Below, piece after piece: positions 1 through 11,250 of a stretch of DNA of 64,000 nucleotides; the stretch's first letter is position 1, and each line of letters opens with the position of its first letter. The position numbers and the translations under genes are program-made. Source of the stretch: Eledone cirrhosa (taxonomy: Eukaryota); the NCBI GenBank assembly GCA_964016885.1, contig CAXHJY010001609.1, positions 124,001-188,000 of the forward strand. The letters are read 5' to 3'. Below the pieces are notes generated by a model. It did no database searches. It had not been told where the DNA came from and saw nothing but the letters and a program-made list of their open reading frames with translations.

Positions 1-120
1 AAAAAAAGTTATGATCAAAGTTTGCTGAAAAAAACTGTGTTCAAGTGAGTAAGTGAGTGAGTAAGGGTGACGCTCTGTGCATTTGATGCATCTCTTGGGA
101 CCGGTCAGAGGAGGATAAGG

Positions 121-806
121 GGTTATTCGGGGTGCGGCGCTTATTCGAACCCTCCCCCAGTGACTGCGATTATTCGGGGTGAGACGCTTATTCGAACCCC
201 CCCCCCCCCCCGCTTATTCGAACCCTCCCCCCAGTGACTGCGATTATTCGGGGTGCGGCGCTTATTCGAACCCTCCCCCAGTGACTGCGATTATTCGGGG
301 TGAGACGCTTATTCGAACCCCCCCCCCCGCTTATTCGAACCCTCCCCCCAGTGACTGCGATTATTCGGGGTGCGGCGCTTATTCGAACCCTCCCCCCAGT
401 GACTGCGGTTATTCGGGGTGCGGCGCTTATTCGAACCCTCCCCCCAGTGACTGCGATTATTCGGGGTGCGGCGCTTATTCGAACCCTCCCCCCAGTGACT
501 GCGGTTATTCGGGGTGCGGCGCTTATTCGAACCCTCCCCCAGTGACTGCGATTATTCGGGGTGAGGCGCTTATTCGAACCCCCCCCCCCCACAGTGACTG
601 CGGTTATTCGGGGTGCGGCGCTTATTCGAACCCCCCCCCCCCCCACAGTGACTGCGATTATTCGGGGTGAGGCGCTTATTCGAACCCTCCCCCAGTGACT
701 GCTGTTATTTGGGGTGAGGGTCTTATTCGAACCCCCCCTAGTGACTGCGGTTATTCGGGGTGCGGTGGTTATTTGAACCCCCCCCCCCCAGTGACTGCGG
801 TTATTT
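121..806. repeat. GC-rich ~48-bp minisatellite (TATTCGGGGTGCGGCGCTTATTCGAACCCTCCCCCAGTGACTGCG), over a dozen copies
   Basis: Unit read directly; the 16-aa periodicity of the overlapping spurious ORF (GCGAYSNPPPSDCDYS) matches 48 bp; poly-C tract length varies. Confidence 0.9.
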
Positions 807-1379
807 TTTTGAATTTGAATTTTAAATGTTGATACAATGTGGCAGTAAACATTAATCATTGAGCTAATTAGGAGCTATTATGTTCTCCTATCTCGCGATA
901 AGTGGTCACACGTTGCAAACTAGTTGAGGTTGTCTTCTATTTATATTCAAATGAGTAATCACTCACTGCATTGTTCTCTTTCAAAGCAGTCGCTGATTGA
1001 TATACTAGAAATTCAGAAAATCATTTGGATTTGTACTAATAGTTGTGAATAGTTGTGCTATTTTTTGTACCGATAGGTGCGAGTAGTGAACTCATTTGCG
1101 ATAGGTGCGAATAGTGTGCTCATTTGACATATGAAAATGACGTCTCTCGGCTTTTTTATCGGCTTATTTATTTTGACTATTACAAATGAAAAATTTGTTT
1201 CCCTGCAAAAGTCTCGCCAAAATGGTCGCAAAAAAAATCGCAAAAGGTCACTTCATACGTTTCGCGGCTTTCGAAAAAAGTCACCATATACGTTTCGCGG
1301 CTTTTTGATCGGCTTATTACTTTTTTGCCTGGCGCGAAAATGCAATACAGTTGTTTTTGGACTATGAACACTCAAATGA

Positions 1380-1712
1380 TGAAATCGACAAAAATGGCGT
1401 GTGAGAAGAAAATCAAAAAATTTGCATATGAAAAATCGACAAAAAATGGCGCGCGTGAAGAAAATACAAAAATCCAAAAAAAATTATCATGTGAAAAATT
1501 GACAAAAAATCGACAAAAATGGCGTGCGTGAAGAAAATCCAAAAATCCAAAAAAAAATTATCATGTGAAAAATTGACAAAAAATCGACAAAAATGGCGCG
1601 CGTGAAAAAAAATCAAAAAAACCCAAAAAAATTTGCATGTGAAAAATTGACAAAAAATCGACCAAAAATGGCGCGCGTGAAAAAAATCCCCAAAAAATTT
1701 GCATGTGAAAAT
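1380..1712. repeat. Degenerate ~70-75-bp tandem repeat (AAAATCGACAAAAATGGCGCGCGTGAA...)
   Basis: About 5 recurrences of AAAATGGCG(C/T)G(C)GTGA and CATGTGAAAAATTGAC. Confidence 0.75.
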
Positions 1713-2181
1713 TGATATTTGCCTTCTATTGCATTAGAATTTGTCATGTTTAATTAAAATGTTATTTTCAACTAAATGCAAATGGTGCAAATTTGCTCCA
1801 TTTAGATTCAGTTGTTAATGCTCACCTACTAATTTAAAAAAATTGTATTTTCTTAAATGACTCTTATTTATCATAAGTTAATATTTTTAAGATAGGTGAG
1901 TGCTCCACGATCTGACCTATGTCCCCGCCATGTGGAGTGGATGCTTGTACCAATTAGATAAAATATCTCAACTTATTTCTGTGACTCCAATGCACAGGCT
2001 GACACTGTAGCTTGAATTAAATTCAAAATTGGTACAAGTAACTAAGAGGTCACAAAAGAATAGCTTCACTTTCACCTATAGTTTTCATTAACATCATTTT
2101 TGGGATTTTTTGATAGAAGTAACTAAAGTAATAACTATTTAATTAAGTAGTTGTTGTTTGCATTGCCTTGAAAAATAGGAA

Positions 2182-3274
2182 ACTAGCTAGAAAAATGCGT
2201 ACAGCAAAAAAAAGTAATATTGTTGGAATATAAACCTTTACAAATACAGGACAAGAAACTAAAATAAAACTTTAAAAGAATAGGACGAGAAACTAAGATA
2301 AAACTTTAAAAGAATAGGACAAGAAACTAAGATAAAACTTTAAAGAATTGGACAAGAAATAAAAAATGTTACAATAATATTAGTGGCGAATTTTTATTGG
2401 TAAAAAATCGAGTTCCACATTCATAGGCTTTGGGTTCCACATTCAGAGGTCGTCGTCAAACCGGGGGATCATCTGATCCTGGTTTGAACACCAATTGGGC
2501 CATAACCATACCCCTATTTCATCATTCGGCGACACGCCTCATGTGTCATGCATAATGTGAATGGACCCATGGGCCCATGAGCACAGATCTCGAGCAGCAG
2601 CGGACGGTCTTGTCATCCCGCTCATCCTTGATCTTGACCAACCCGTCCATCTTCTCCTTGCATCTTATCCTTGAGTTCAAGTCCGGCAGTCCATATGAAT
2701 GCGTGCCACAGCTTTCTGGTACAGGAAGGGGGAGCAGGAGGACTGGAGGGATGACGGGACAGAGGGAGGGAGGACCGGTGGTTGAGGGAGGTGCTGTGGT
2801 CGGTGGTCAGAGTCGACATCTTGTCCCGGTCGTCTTCTCCATCTTCGTCTGGTGTTGCGGGACCAGAAGTGAATTCTTGGAGGAGACCTGCAGCTGCATT
2901 GGCCAATTCTTCTTGCAATGGTCATTCTGACGGAGCAGAACTGCTCAGCCAACCAACCCCAACCAGAACCAACCGCTCAGGGGCAACGCACAATGAGAGC
3001 ATGACAATTATTATGCACTAATCAAGAAGATAGTGGGGCATAGCACAGGAAACGAATAAAAAAATGTTGCCACTAATATTATTGTAACATTTTTTATTTC
3101 TTGTCCAATTCTTTAAAGTTTTATCTTAGTTTCTTGTCCTATTCTTTTAAAGTTTTATCTTAGTTTCTCGTCCTATTCTTTTAAAGTTTTATTTTAGTTT
3201 CTTGTCCTGTATTTGTAAAGGTTTATATTCCAACAATATTACTTTTTTTTGCTGTACGCATTTTTCTAGCTAGT
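2182..3274. mobile_element. Foldback-like element with ~205-bp near-perfect inverted repeats around a ~680-bp GC-richer core
   Basis: 2182-2387 (ACTAGCTAGAAAAATGCG...TAGTGGC) is the reverse complement of ~3069-3274; each arm holds 33-bp sub-repeats (GGACAAGAAACTAAGATAAAACTTTAAAAGAAT); no TSD seen. Confidence 0.65.
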
Positions 3275-3586
3275 GTATATATGTGTGTGTCCGCATGTAT
3301 CTGTGTGTTTCTAAATATATTGTTAATAACTCCCTCTGGTCGAGCAATCTTTGAAGTGTGGGGACAACTGGAAAGCTTCCATTACTCATACTTCTAGCCT
3401 TCTTCACCACCTCTTCTGCGGCCTCGATATGAATACCCCCTCCGCCTCCGTGGTATTTTCTTCGTGGTTATAAGAGGCTTAGCTCTGTTTCTCGACCGTT
3501 ATATCGCGTGACTATCTCCCCCTCCGCCTTTTGGTATTCTTTCTCACGTCGTGTAGACGCGTTCTTGAGACTAGTAAAATGAGGTA

Positions 3587-3676
3587 TCCTCTTGATAAGT
3601 CGGCAGACCTCGCAGGGACTTTATATCTTTATGATATATTGTTTTTGTTTATGCCACGAAACTACGTAGTCGAGGA
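3587..3676 (+). ncRNA. Type I hammerhead ribozyme motif, copy 1 (U3:A8 variant)
   Basis: TCCTC-TTGATAA-GTCGGCA...TGCCAC-GAAA-C-TACGTA-G-TC-GAGGA: stem I TCCTC/GAGGA, G10.1-C11.1 pair, palindromic loop III, predicted cleavage after GUC at 3671. Confidence 0.75.
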
Positions 3677-4181
3677 ATTTAGGAGCAGTTTAGGTATGAT
3701 ACATTTTATTACTAATTATATCTAAATGTTTCTTCTCTCTTCATAATGTATTTTTAACTCTGATACTGGTTCAGTCTAGTTCAACTGAATTGGTCTGTCC
3801 CGGTCATTCATTGAGCAACATCGGTGAAGTTGGCACCCTTAACTCAAGGTTGGGTGCGGATGCATTCATGTATATATGTGTGTGTCCGCATGTATCTGTG
3901 TGTTTCTAAATATATTGTTAATAACTCCCTCTGGTCGAGCAATCTTTGAAGTGTGGGGACAACTGGAAAGCTTCCATTACTCATACTTCTAGCCTTCTTC
4001 ACCACCTCTTCTGCGGCCTCGATATGAATACCCCCTCCGCCTCCGTGGTATTTTCTTCGTGGTTATAAGAGGCTTAGCTCTGTTTCTCGACCGTTATATC
4101 GCGTGACTATCTCCCCCTCCGCCTTTTGGGATTCTTTCTCACGTCGTGTAGACGCGTTCTTGAGACTAGTAAAATGAGGTA

Positions 4182-4269
4182 TCCTCTTGATAAGTCGGCA
4201 GACCTCGCAGGGACTCTATATCTTTGATATATTGTTTTTGTTTATGCCACGAATCTACGTAGTCGAGGA
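4182..4269 (+). ncRNA. Hammerhead motif, copy 2, core mutated (GAAA>GAAT), probably inactive
   Basis: Same layout as copy 1 but GAAT at 4251-4254 breaks the A15.1-U16.1 pair. Confidence 0.6.
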
Positions 4270-4774
4270 ATTTAGGAGCAGTTTAGGTATGATACATTTT
4301 ATTACTAATTATATCTAAATGTTTCTTCTCTCTTCATAATGTATTTTTAACTCTGATACTGGTTCAGTCTAGTTCAACTGAATTGGTCTGTCCCGGTCAT
4401 TCATTGAGCAACATCGGTGAAGTTGGCACCCTTAACTCACAGTTGGGTGCGGATGCATTCATGTATATATGTGTGTGTCCGCATGTATCTGTGTGTTTCT
4501 AAATATATTGTTAATAACTCCCTCTGGTCGAGCAATCTTTGAAGTGTGGGGACAACTGGAAAGCTTCCATTACTCATACTTCTAGCCTTCTTCACCACCT
4601 CTTCTGCGGCCTCGATATGAATACCCCCTCCGCCTCCGTGGTATTTTCTTCGTGGTTATAAGAGGCTTAGCTCTGTTTCTCGACCGTTATATCGCGTGAC
4701 TATCTCCCCCTCCGCCTTTTGGGATTCTTTCTCACGTCGTGTAGACGCGTTCTTGAGACTAGTAAAATGAGGTA

Positions 4775-4864
4775 TCCTCTTGATAAGTCGGCAGACCTCG
4801 CAGGGACTCTATATCTTTATGATATATTGTTTTTGTTTATGCCACGAAACTACGTAGTCGAGGA
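4775..4864 (+). ncRNA. Type I hammerhead ribozyme motif, copy 3 (U3:A8 variant)
   Basis: TCCTC-TTGATAA-G...C-GAAA-C-TACGTA-G-TC-GAGGA intact; predicted cleavage after 4859. Confidence 0.75.
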
Positions 4865-5129
4865 ATTTAGGAGCAGTTTAGGTATGATACATTTTATTAC
4901 TAATTATATCTAAATGTTTCTTCTCTCTTCATAATGTATTTTTAACTCTGATACTGGTTCAGTCTAGTTCAACTGAATTGGTCTGTCCCGGTCATTCATT
5001 GAGCAACATCGGTGAAGTTGGCACCCTTAACTCACAGTTGGGTGCGGATGCATTCATGTATATATGTGTGTGTCCGCATGTATCTGTGTGTTTCTAAATA
5101 TATTGTTATATATATAAGTATATATATAT

Positions 5130-5737
5130 AAACAATTAAGTTAAAGTGTACATCTCCATATGTATACGGAAGTATTAGTATGCATATAAATACACACATG
5201 TATACATATGTACATGTACTCAGCTTTTCACTAGACACTTTACAGTGAGTGTCAGATAGTCTGTATGTAACCACACAGGCGGACCGGGTTTTAGAGTCAT
5301 ACGAGTTTTCAAGGAAACACATTTCCTCTATTCTCCATAGGGCCAGACAGGAATATTGGACTAGTTTCGATGTTATTACATCTCATCAGCAATATTTACC
5401 CATCTTCCGGCTTCTCTGGAGAATTGTAAAAGCACATATCGTTATATGCTTTTTCTATGAAAATTAGTAGTGGGTAGACCAATTTGCATAGAACGTGAGT
5501 CATTGTACGCACCGGTTCAGCGGAAACGATAAAAACAAATAACGAAACGAAATTAAATTTCGTTTCGCTTCTAACTCACTTTTGTATGACTGACGCTTGT
5601 ATACATGTGTGAATTTATATGCATACTAATACTTCCGTATACATATGTAGATGTACACTTTAACTTAATTGTTTAAGCGTCAGTCATACAAAAGTGAGTT
5701 AGAAGCGAAACGAAATTTAATTTCGTTTCGTTATTTG

Positions 5738-5742
<5 letters not shown>
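5130..5742 (-). mobile_element. Non-autonomous Penelope-like (pLTR-type) element with interleaved inverted repeats
   Basis: 5130-5205 inverted at 5598-5674; 5531-5598 inverted at 5675-5742; internal minimal hammerhead; both flanks are (TA)n. Confidence 0.6.
5352..5396 (-). ncRNA. Minimal type I hammerhead ribozyme (canonical core)
   Basis: Minus strand reads AATATTG-CTGATGA-GATGT-AATA-ACATC-GAAA-CTAG-TC-CAATATT: 7-bp stem I, 5-bp stem II, palindromic CUAG helix III. Confidence 0.88.
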
Positions 5743-5774
<32 letters not shown>

Positions 5775-5979
5775 TTATATATATATATATATATATAAAT
5801 ACTTATATATATGCCATTATAGTTTATTGTCACAACAGGAAAACCTTTAATTATAAGTTTACCTGACCATACCAACATGGGACTTAATTTAATCCAGACG
5901 GTGTTGTCTCCCTTAGCACTAATTACTGAATATCCAGTAACGTCTGCTTTTCTTCTAGGCTTAGTTAAGCCTTTATCAT

Positions 5980-6105
5980 TAACATTACTCTATATTTACT
6001 ATTATATTTTTGCAGTAAACATCATTATGTCACACAATATTGTATCTATGAGATTTTGATACTATTTATTTTGGGAACAATACCTTAACATCAGCATGAG
6101 CGGCT
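5980..6105. repeat. Interspersed repeat fragment, homologous to 53555-53690
   Basis: Shared ACATTACTCTATATTTACTATTATATTTT...TCTATGAGA...ACAATAC...TTAACATCA...ATGAGC; the 53538 copy starts TTAACCC (piggyBac-like end). Confidence 0.5.
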
Positions 6106-6294
6106 TGTTGGGGCCAGTTAGAATAGAAAATGTCAGTGAATTCTGGCTGTATACGGACGCTTTAAATAAATGATTTAATAAATAACAGCTTTATTGAAAC
6201 ACTACTGTGTTGTTCTGAGATGATTTCAGTAGAATTTCAAATGGTAGAAGGACAAATATATTCTACATTTACTTTAATATAGATTTAAACAAAG

Positions 6295-6785
6295 ATGGTA
6301 GAATGACAGAATTGGTAGAGTGTCAGATAACCTACCATTGCAGTATTTGTCCTGGTTTTTAACATTCTGAGTTCAAATCCCAGTGTGGTAAATTTTATAT
6401 TTTATTCTTCTAGGCTGGATAAAATATATTATATGTACTATGGTTGATTTAATAAACTTTGCCCTTCCCCCAAAATTGCTGGTCTTGAGCCTAATTTACA
6501 AATAAATAGAGATTTAACAAGTTTGGGCTTCAAATTTCTCAAAACATTTTTATTTAGTGTGGCTAGTGCAGTAAATTGGCAGTAATCAGTAGAGCACCAG
6601 ACAACAAGCTTTGCAGCATATAGTTATGTCCTGTTACATTCTGAGTTCAAATCATGTGGAGGGTAGCTTTCCCTTTCATCCATACGGGATTGATAAAATA
6701 AAGTACCAGTAATACACTGAGGTTGATTTAACTTTCCCCACCCCTAATATTATTGGGCCTGTGCCTACATCAAATACCATTATTT
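6295..6785 (+). mobile_element. Two tRNA-derived SINE copies (family A)
   Basis: Box A-like TGGCAG...GTAGAG, box B GAGTTCAAATC, central TTTCATCC...GATAAAATAAAGTACCAG. Confidence 0.7.
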
Positions 6786-7387
6786 ACTGTGTCTAACAAC
6801 ACTCAGTAACCTATACTATCACTACCCCAATGATACCAGCCAAGACAGTGTCTCAAAATTCTCTCTGGCCTGCAGAAACCCAGGTACCAGTTGCCTCATG
6901 CTCCTGGCTAAGGACAGAATGGAGAAAGGGTTAACCTTGAAGATAGTGAGGGAGATGTGTTGAAGTAGCCATTAAAACCTCTGGGGCCTTACAAGTTTTA
7001 AAAACAACAAAGTTCAATAGAATTTTAAACATTTCAAATATCAATGAAGTGTTTGTGTTTGATTTCTTCTAACTACTTTCAAGATATCATTACATATGGT
7101 GTTCATAACAGATATTTAGATGGGAAAATAACAAAAAGATGGAATCACAGACTGGACAAATTCCTCAAATGTAACTCTTTACTTAACAAAAATAGATTGA
7201 ATTTCAGGAGATAAATATAATTTATTTATCATTATTATCATCATCATTTTACGTCTGCTTTACCCTGCTTGCAAGGGTGGGACAGGAACTGATTCTGGCT
7301 TTATTATATATTATGAAAATAATTTACTCAAAAAAAAAGAAGAAGAAAAATAGGAAAAGACATATACACTGCATCAATTGCACACCA

Positions 7388-8000
7388 CAAGAGGGAATGT
7401 TGGTGTTGCCCTCTAACATATCAGAGATAAGACAGCATTACCTCAGATGATAGAGGGTCCTCAACTAATGCAATACAACAGGGAATGTTGGTGTTGACCT
7501 CTAGTATTTCTGAGACACAGCATTACCTCAGGTGATAGAGAGTCTCCCACTAATGCAATACAAGAGGGAATGTTGGTGTTGACCTCTAGTATTTCTGAGA
7601 CACAGCATTACCTCAGGTGATAGAGGGTCTCTCACTAATGCAATACAACAGGGAATGTTGGTGTTGACCTCTAGTATTTCTGAGACACAGCATTACCTCA
7701 GATGATAGAGAGTCTCTCACTAATGCAATACAACAGGGAATGTTGGTGTTGACCTCTAATATTTCTGAGACACAGCATTACCTCAGATGATAGAGAGTCT
7801 CTCACTAATGCAATACAACAGGGAATGTTGGTTTTGACCTCTAGTATTTCTGAGACACAGCATTACCTCAGGTGATAGAGGGTCCTCCACTAATGCAATA
7901 CAACAGGGAATGTTGGTGTTGACCTCTAGTATTTCTGGGACACAGCATTACCTCAGGTGATAGAGAGTCTCTCACTAATACAATACAACAGGGAATTTTA
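7388..8000. repeat. 85-bp tandem repeat, ~7 copies
   Basis: GGGAAT recurs at 7481, 7566, 7651, 7736, 7821, 7906, 7991. Confidence 0.92.
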
Positions 8001-8239
8001 GGTATTACCGAAAAAAAAAGAAATTTTACATTTCTATCATTAAAAATGAATTTAGGAAGACAAAAGTTAGACATGCAAAGAATTTTGTTTCCAGTTAAAA
8101 ACATATTTAAGAAATGGAGTCTGTAGAAGTGTTATGGTTACATTTTTGATGTTGGTGGACAATAAGTTTAGACTGGGAAAAGGAAGGGTATCTCAGGGTT
8201 CACAGTTAAATAGTTTTATCCCCAGTGTGTGTTTCTAAG

Positions 8240-8410
8240 TTACTGTTAGTCACAAAATATTTCCCACATGTTTCACTGGGGAAGGTCCTTTTTCTGCAGT
8301 CTGACTATGTGGCCAACATGAGTAGAATTCAGAATAAAAAATGTCCAACATGTTTCACACTGGAAGTTCCTTTCCTCCAGTCTGAAGGCATATATGTTTA
8401 TTTCTCACAT
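8240..8410 (-). pseudogene. Highly decayed C2H2 zinc-finger relic
   Basis: ACAAAATATTTCCCACATGTTTCAC resembles 13487-13510 of the ZNF ORF (E-x-C-G-K-Y-F on minus strand); no open frame. Confidence 0.4.
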
Positions 8411-8525
8411 GAAATGAAATATTTAATCATGTAGCAACACCTACCTTGAAACATGTAGCTCACTCTATGTTATCTACACAATATTAACTTTCACTTTAAC
8501 ATGAAATAATTACTACATAAAATAT

Positions 8526-9010
8526 AATTAGATTAATTAAAGTTATACTTAAGATGGCAGGTACGTGGTGTCGTTGACTGTGTTTCCTTTTCCGGATGGT
8601 GACATGACTTAAAAGTCCCCTAAATAATTTAATACATTCAGAAACAACTTCAGTTATATCAATTCACACATTCAATCAATAAGCTAATCTTTATTCAGAT
8701 TTGTGTAAATAACATTCGGAATTTTATATAACTGTTCATATTAAACCAAAATACATTATTAAAGGTAATAAAATATTTAAGAAATGGAAATGAAAAGAAG
8801 GAAAACGAAAACGAATCAAGCAACGAAAACAATGTGGGAGGGTGAGGGACAGACACTATATTCCAGTCTGAGCGGTGATTCAGCCCCACCCTACAGACAA
8901 AATGGCAAAGGTGTTACCACAAAGAATAGCCAGAGACACCCACTGCAACAACCATTCCACCTCATGGGACTCCTTCCTCAAGTGAGCTGTTGTCTTTCTA
9001 ATTTTGAGTA
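8526..9010. repeat. Duplicated non-coding block (paralogous to 14500-14570, 15400-15895 and 56648-56845)
   Basis: Alignable by eye, e.g. CAGTCTGAGC.GTGATTCAGCCCCACCCTACAGACAAAATGGCAAAGGTGTTACCAC in both 8864 and 15752 regions. Confidence 0.8.
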
Positions 9011-9109
9011 GGAAATCAGTAGTGTGGGGACAGAGAGGAAGTGGTTGGTTAGGCAGCACAGCAGAAATTGAGAGGAAGAGTGCTACTGTTATAAACCGTT
9101 TCCAGTCAC

Positions 9110-9610
9110 AGATGTGGTTGATAGCTTCTGCTATCTAGGTAACCTAATCAACAGCAGAGGAGGGTGTGCCAAGAGTATGATGGCTTGAATAAGGATAGGA
9201 TGGAAGTTTAGTGAACTACTACTGCTGATAACATAAGGTTTCTCTCTACTTATAAAAGGAAGGGTATATAAAGCCTGTGTGAAGTGCACAATACTGCATG
9301 CTAGAGAAACATGGGCTGTGACTGCAGATGATGCGATTAGGCTGGAGAAAAATGAAGCAACCATGTTTTGTTGGATCTGCAACGTATATGTGAGAGAAAT
9401 ACAGAGCTTGGACTAGCTGAGGAAATCCTAGTGGAAGGAACCTGCAGTAGAGGATGACCAAGAAAGTCAAGGGCAAATGTTGTGAGAGCTTAACTCAAAT
9501 CGTGAAGACTGGAAGAGGAGATGACGAAGGAATGCATCTAGTGGAGAGATGTCATGCTAAGAAGGACCCGTCCAACCCATGCAAGCATGGAATAGTAGAT
9601 GTAATGATGA
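9110..9610 (+). mobile_element. RTE-clade LINE 3' fragment, degenerate
   Basis: DSFCYLG...GGC and LHxxETW remnants, RTE-type 3' end with ATGATG tail. Confidence 0.75.
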
Positions 9611-9757
9611 TACACAAAATATACACTATATATATATATATGTGTATATATATATATATATAAATACTATGTACTACATATACACAATATATACACTATA
9701 TATATAAATACTATGTATATAGTGTATGTGCTACATATACTCAGAATATACACTATA

Positions 9758-10145
9758 TCATCATCATCAACGTTTAACGTCCGTGTTCCACGCCTGCATG
9801 GGTTTGGACGGGGGTAGTCCCACTTGAGGCAAGAGTGATTGTCTTGCTCGCATAGGACTGTCTGGCAGGTTTTCTACAGTTGGATGCCCTTCCTAACACC
9901 AACCACATTTACAGTGTGGGTCTGGGAGGTTTTTACCGTGTTGCCTACACGGCCACATTACAGCGTGGACTGTGTGTTTTTTTGTCGTGACACCTACACG
10001 ATCTCATTTGTTTCGGCCCGGATGGCGCGGCACCAACATAACTTTACATAGGACGGGGTGGTGTGGATGGGGTGGGGGTGGTGGTGGTGGGACGGGGTGT
10101 ATTTTGTTAGAGATGCCTACTGGCAAGGCGGGTCTTCTCTGTTAC
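9758..10145 (-). mobile_element. RTE LINE 3' UTR fragment
   Basis: (CAT)n tail; nearly identical to 45371-45720. Confidence 0.8.
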
Positions 10146-10934
10146 TATATATATATAAATACTATGTATATAGTGTAAGTGCTGCATATACACAATATAT
10201 ACACTATATATAAACATATAAATACTATGTATATAGTGTAGGTGCTACATATACACAAAATATACACTATATATATATATACTGCATATATAGAGTATAT
10301 GCTACATATAGACAATATATAAACTATATATATACTACATACACATTATATATAACGTTGTCCAAGGGAATAACTGAAACAACTTGGCACCAATGACATC
10401 ATAGATCATCATTTAATGTCTACTTTCCCTGCTAACAAGGGTGGGACAGGTCTTTACAAACCAGGGGGCAGTGGTTATTCTACATTCTACTGAGTGTATT
10501 TTATTGTGGCACCAGTACTAAAGAGGTTGTCATGTCTTTGACACAACTGAAGGGTCCTACCAAACCCTTGTTTGGCAAGAGAAGAAAGTTGTAAAGTATT
10601 TTCAAATGTGAATTATTTCTAAAAAAAAGTCATAATTTCAACTGTCATGAAAGTACCATCAACAAATATTAAAGTTATAAAATTGTTTTTATTTACACAT
10701 AAATGTGGATATTTTGTCATAAATATAAACATAAACCAGTTAGTGTTTGTGAAATACCACGTATAAACACATCAATCTTGTTTTGTTTTTCTTGCACTGA
10801 TGGAGTCATAGGGGTGTCACTGTGGGCATTTGAAGCTTGGTGGAGCCCTTCACTCACCAGGTTGGAACAGGTGATTTCTTCCAGAGAATGAGAGAGAGGA
10901 AGTGAGAAAGAAATATAGAGAGGAAGAACAGACC

Positions 10935-11250
10935 CCAGTGGTAGACTGGTACTTTTTTGTTATCAACCTTGAATGGATGAAAGGCAAAGTTGACCTCAGC
11001 AGGATTTAAACTCAGAGAGCTGAGAACCAGAACAAATATGGCAGAAAGCATTCTATCTATTGTTTTATAGACTTTAAATAAATGTTTCTACTTTGAAATC
11101 AACCCCAGCGATTGAAAGAGAAAGAGGAATGCCAATTAAATCGACCCCAGTGCATTACTGGTACTTTTTTTAACCTTAGAATATAAAGGGCTGTAACTAT
11201 ATGACACAAAGAATGTTGTCTGATGCTCTACAGATTCTGCCAATCCACCA
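10935..11250 (-). mobile_element. SINE family A fragments
   Basis: ACTGGTACTTTT...GATGAAAGGCAAAGTTGACC...GATTTAAACTCAG (reverse box B). Confidence 0.6.

Larger units (their letters stand above)
3274..5108 (+). repeat. Tandem array of three ~594-bp units plus ~50-bp terminal redundancy, each with a hammerhead motif (retrozyme / Penelope pLTR-like)
   Basis: Near-identical units; core TTGATAA at 3592, 4187 and 4780 (periods 595 and 593). Confidence 0.92.

Noticed and set aside
179-859. Pro/Cys-rich ORFs on both strands
   Set aside because: Translations of the 48-bp minisatellite
2535-2580. Minus-strand HGSIHIMHDT resembling a densovirus NS1 HUH motif between inverted repeats
   Set aside because: Followed immediately by a stop and no other NS1 or helicase motif; too short to support
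3531-3725. 64-aa ORF repeated at 4719-4913
   Set aside because: TTG start, no recognisable domain, overlaps the ribozyme; better explained as a by-product of the repeat
7388-8000. 85-bp repeat as CRISPR array or decayed 84-bp zinc-finger array
   Set aside because: No unique spacers, eukaryotic context, and no CxxC/HTGEK pattern visible
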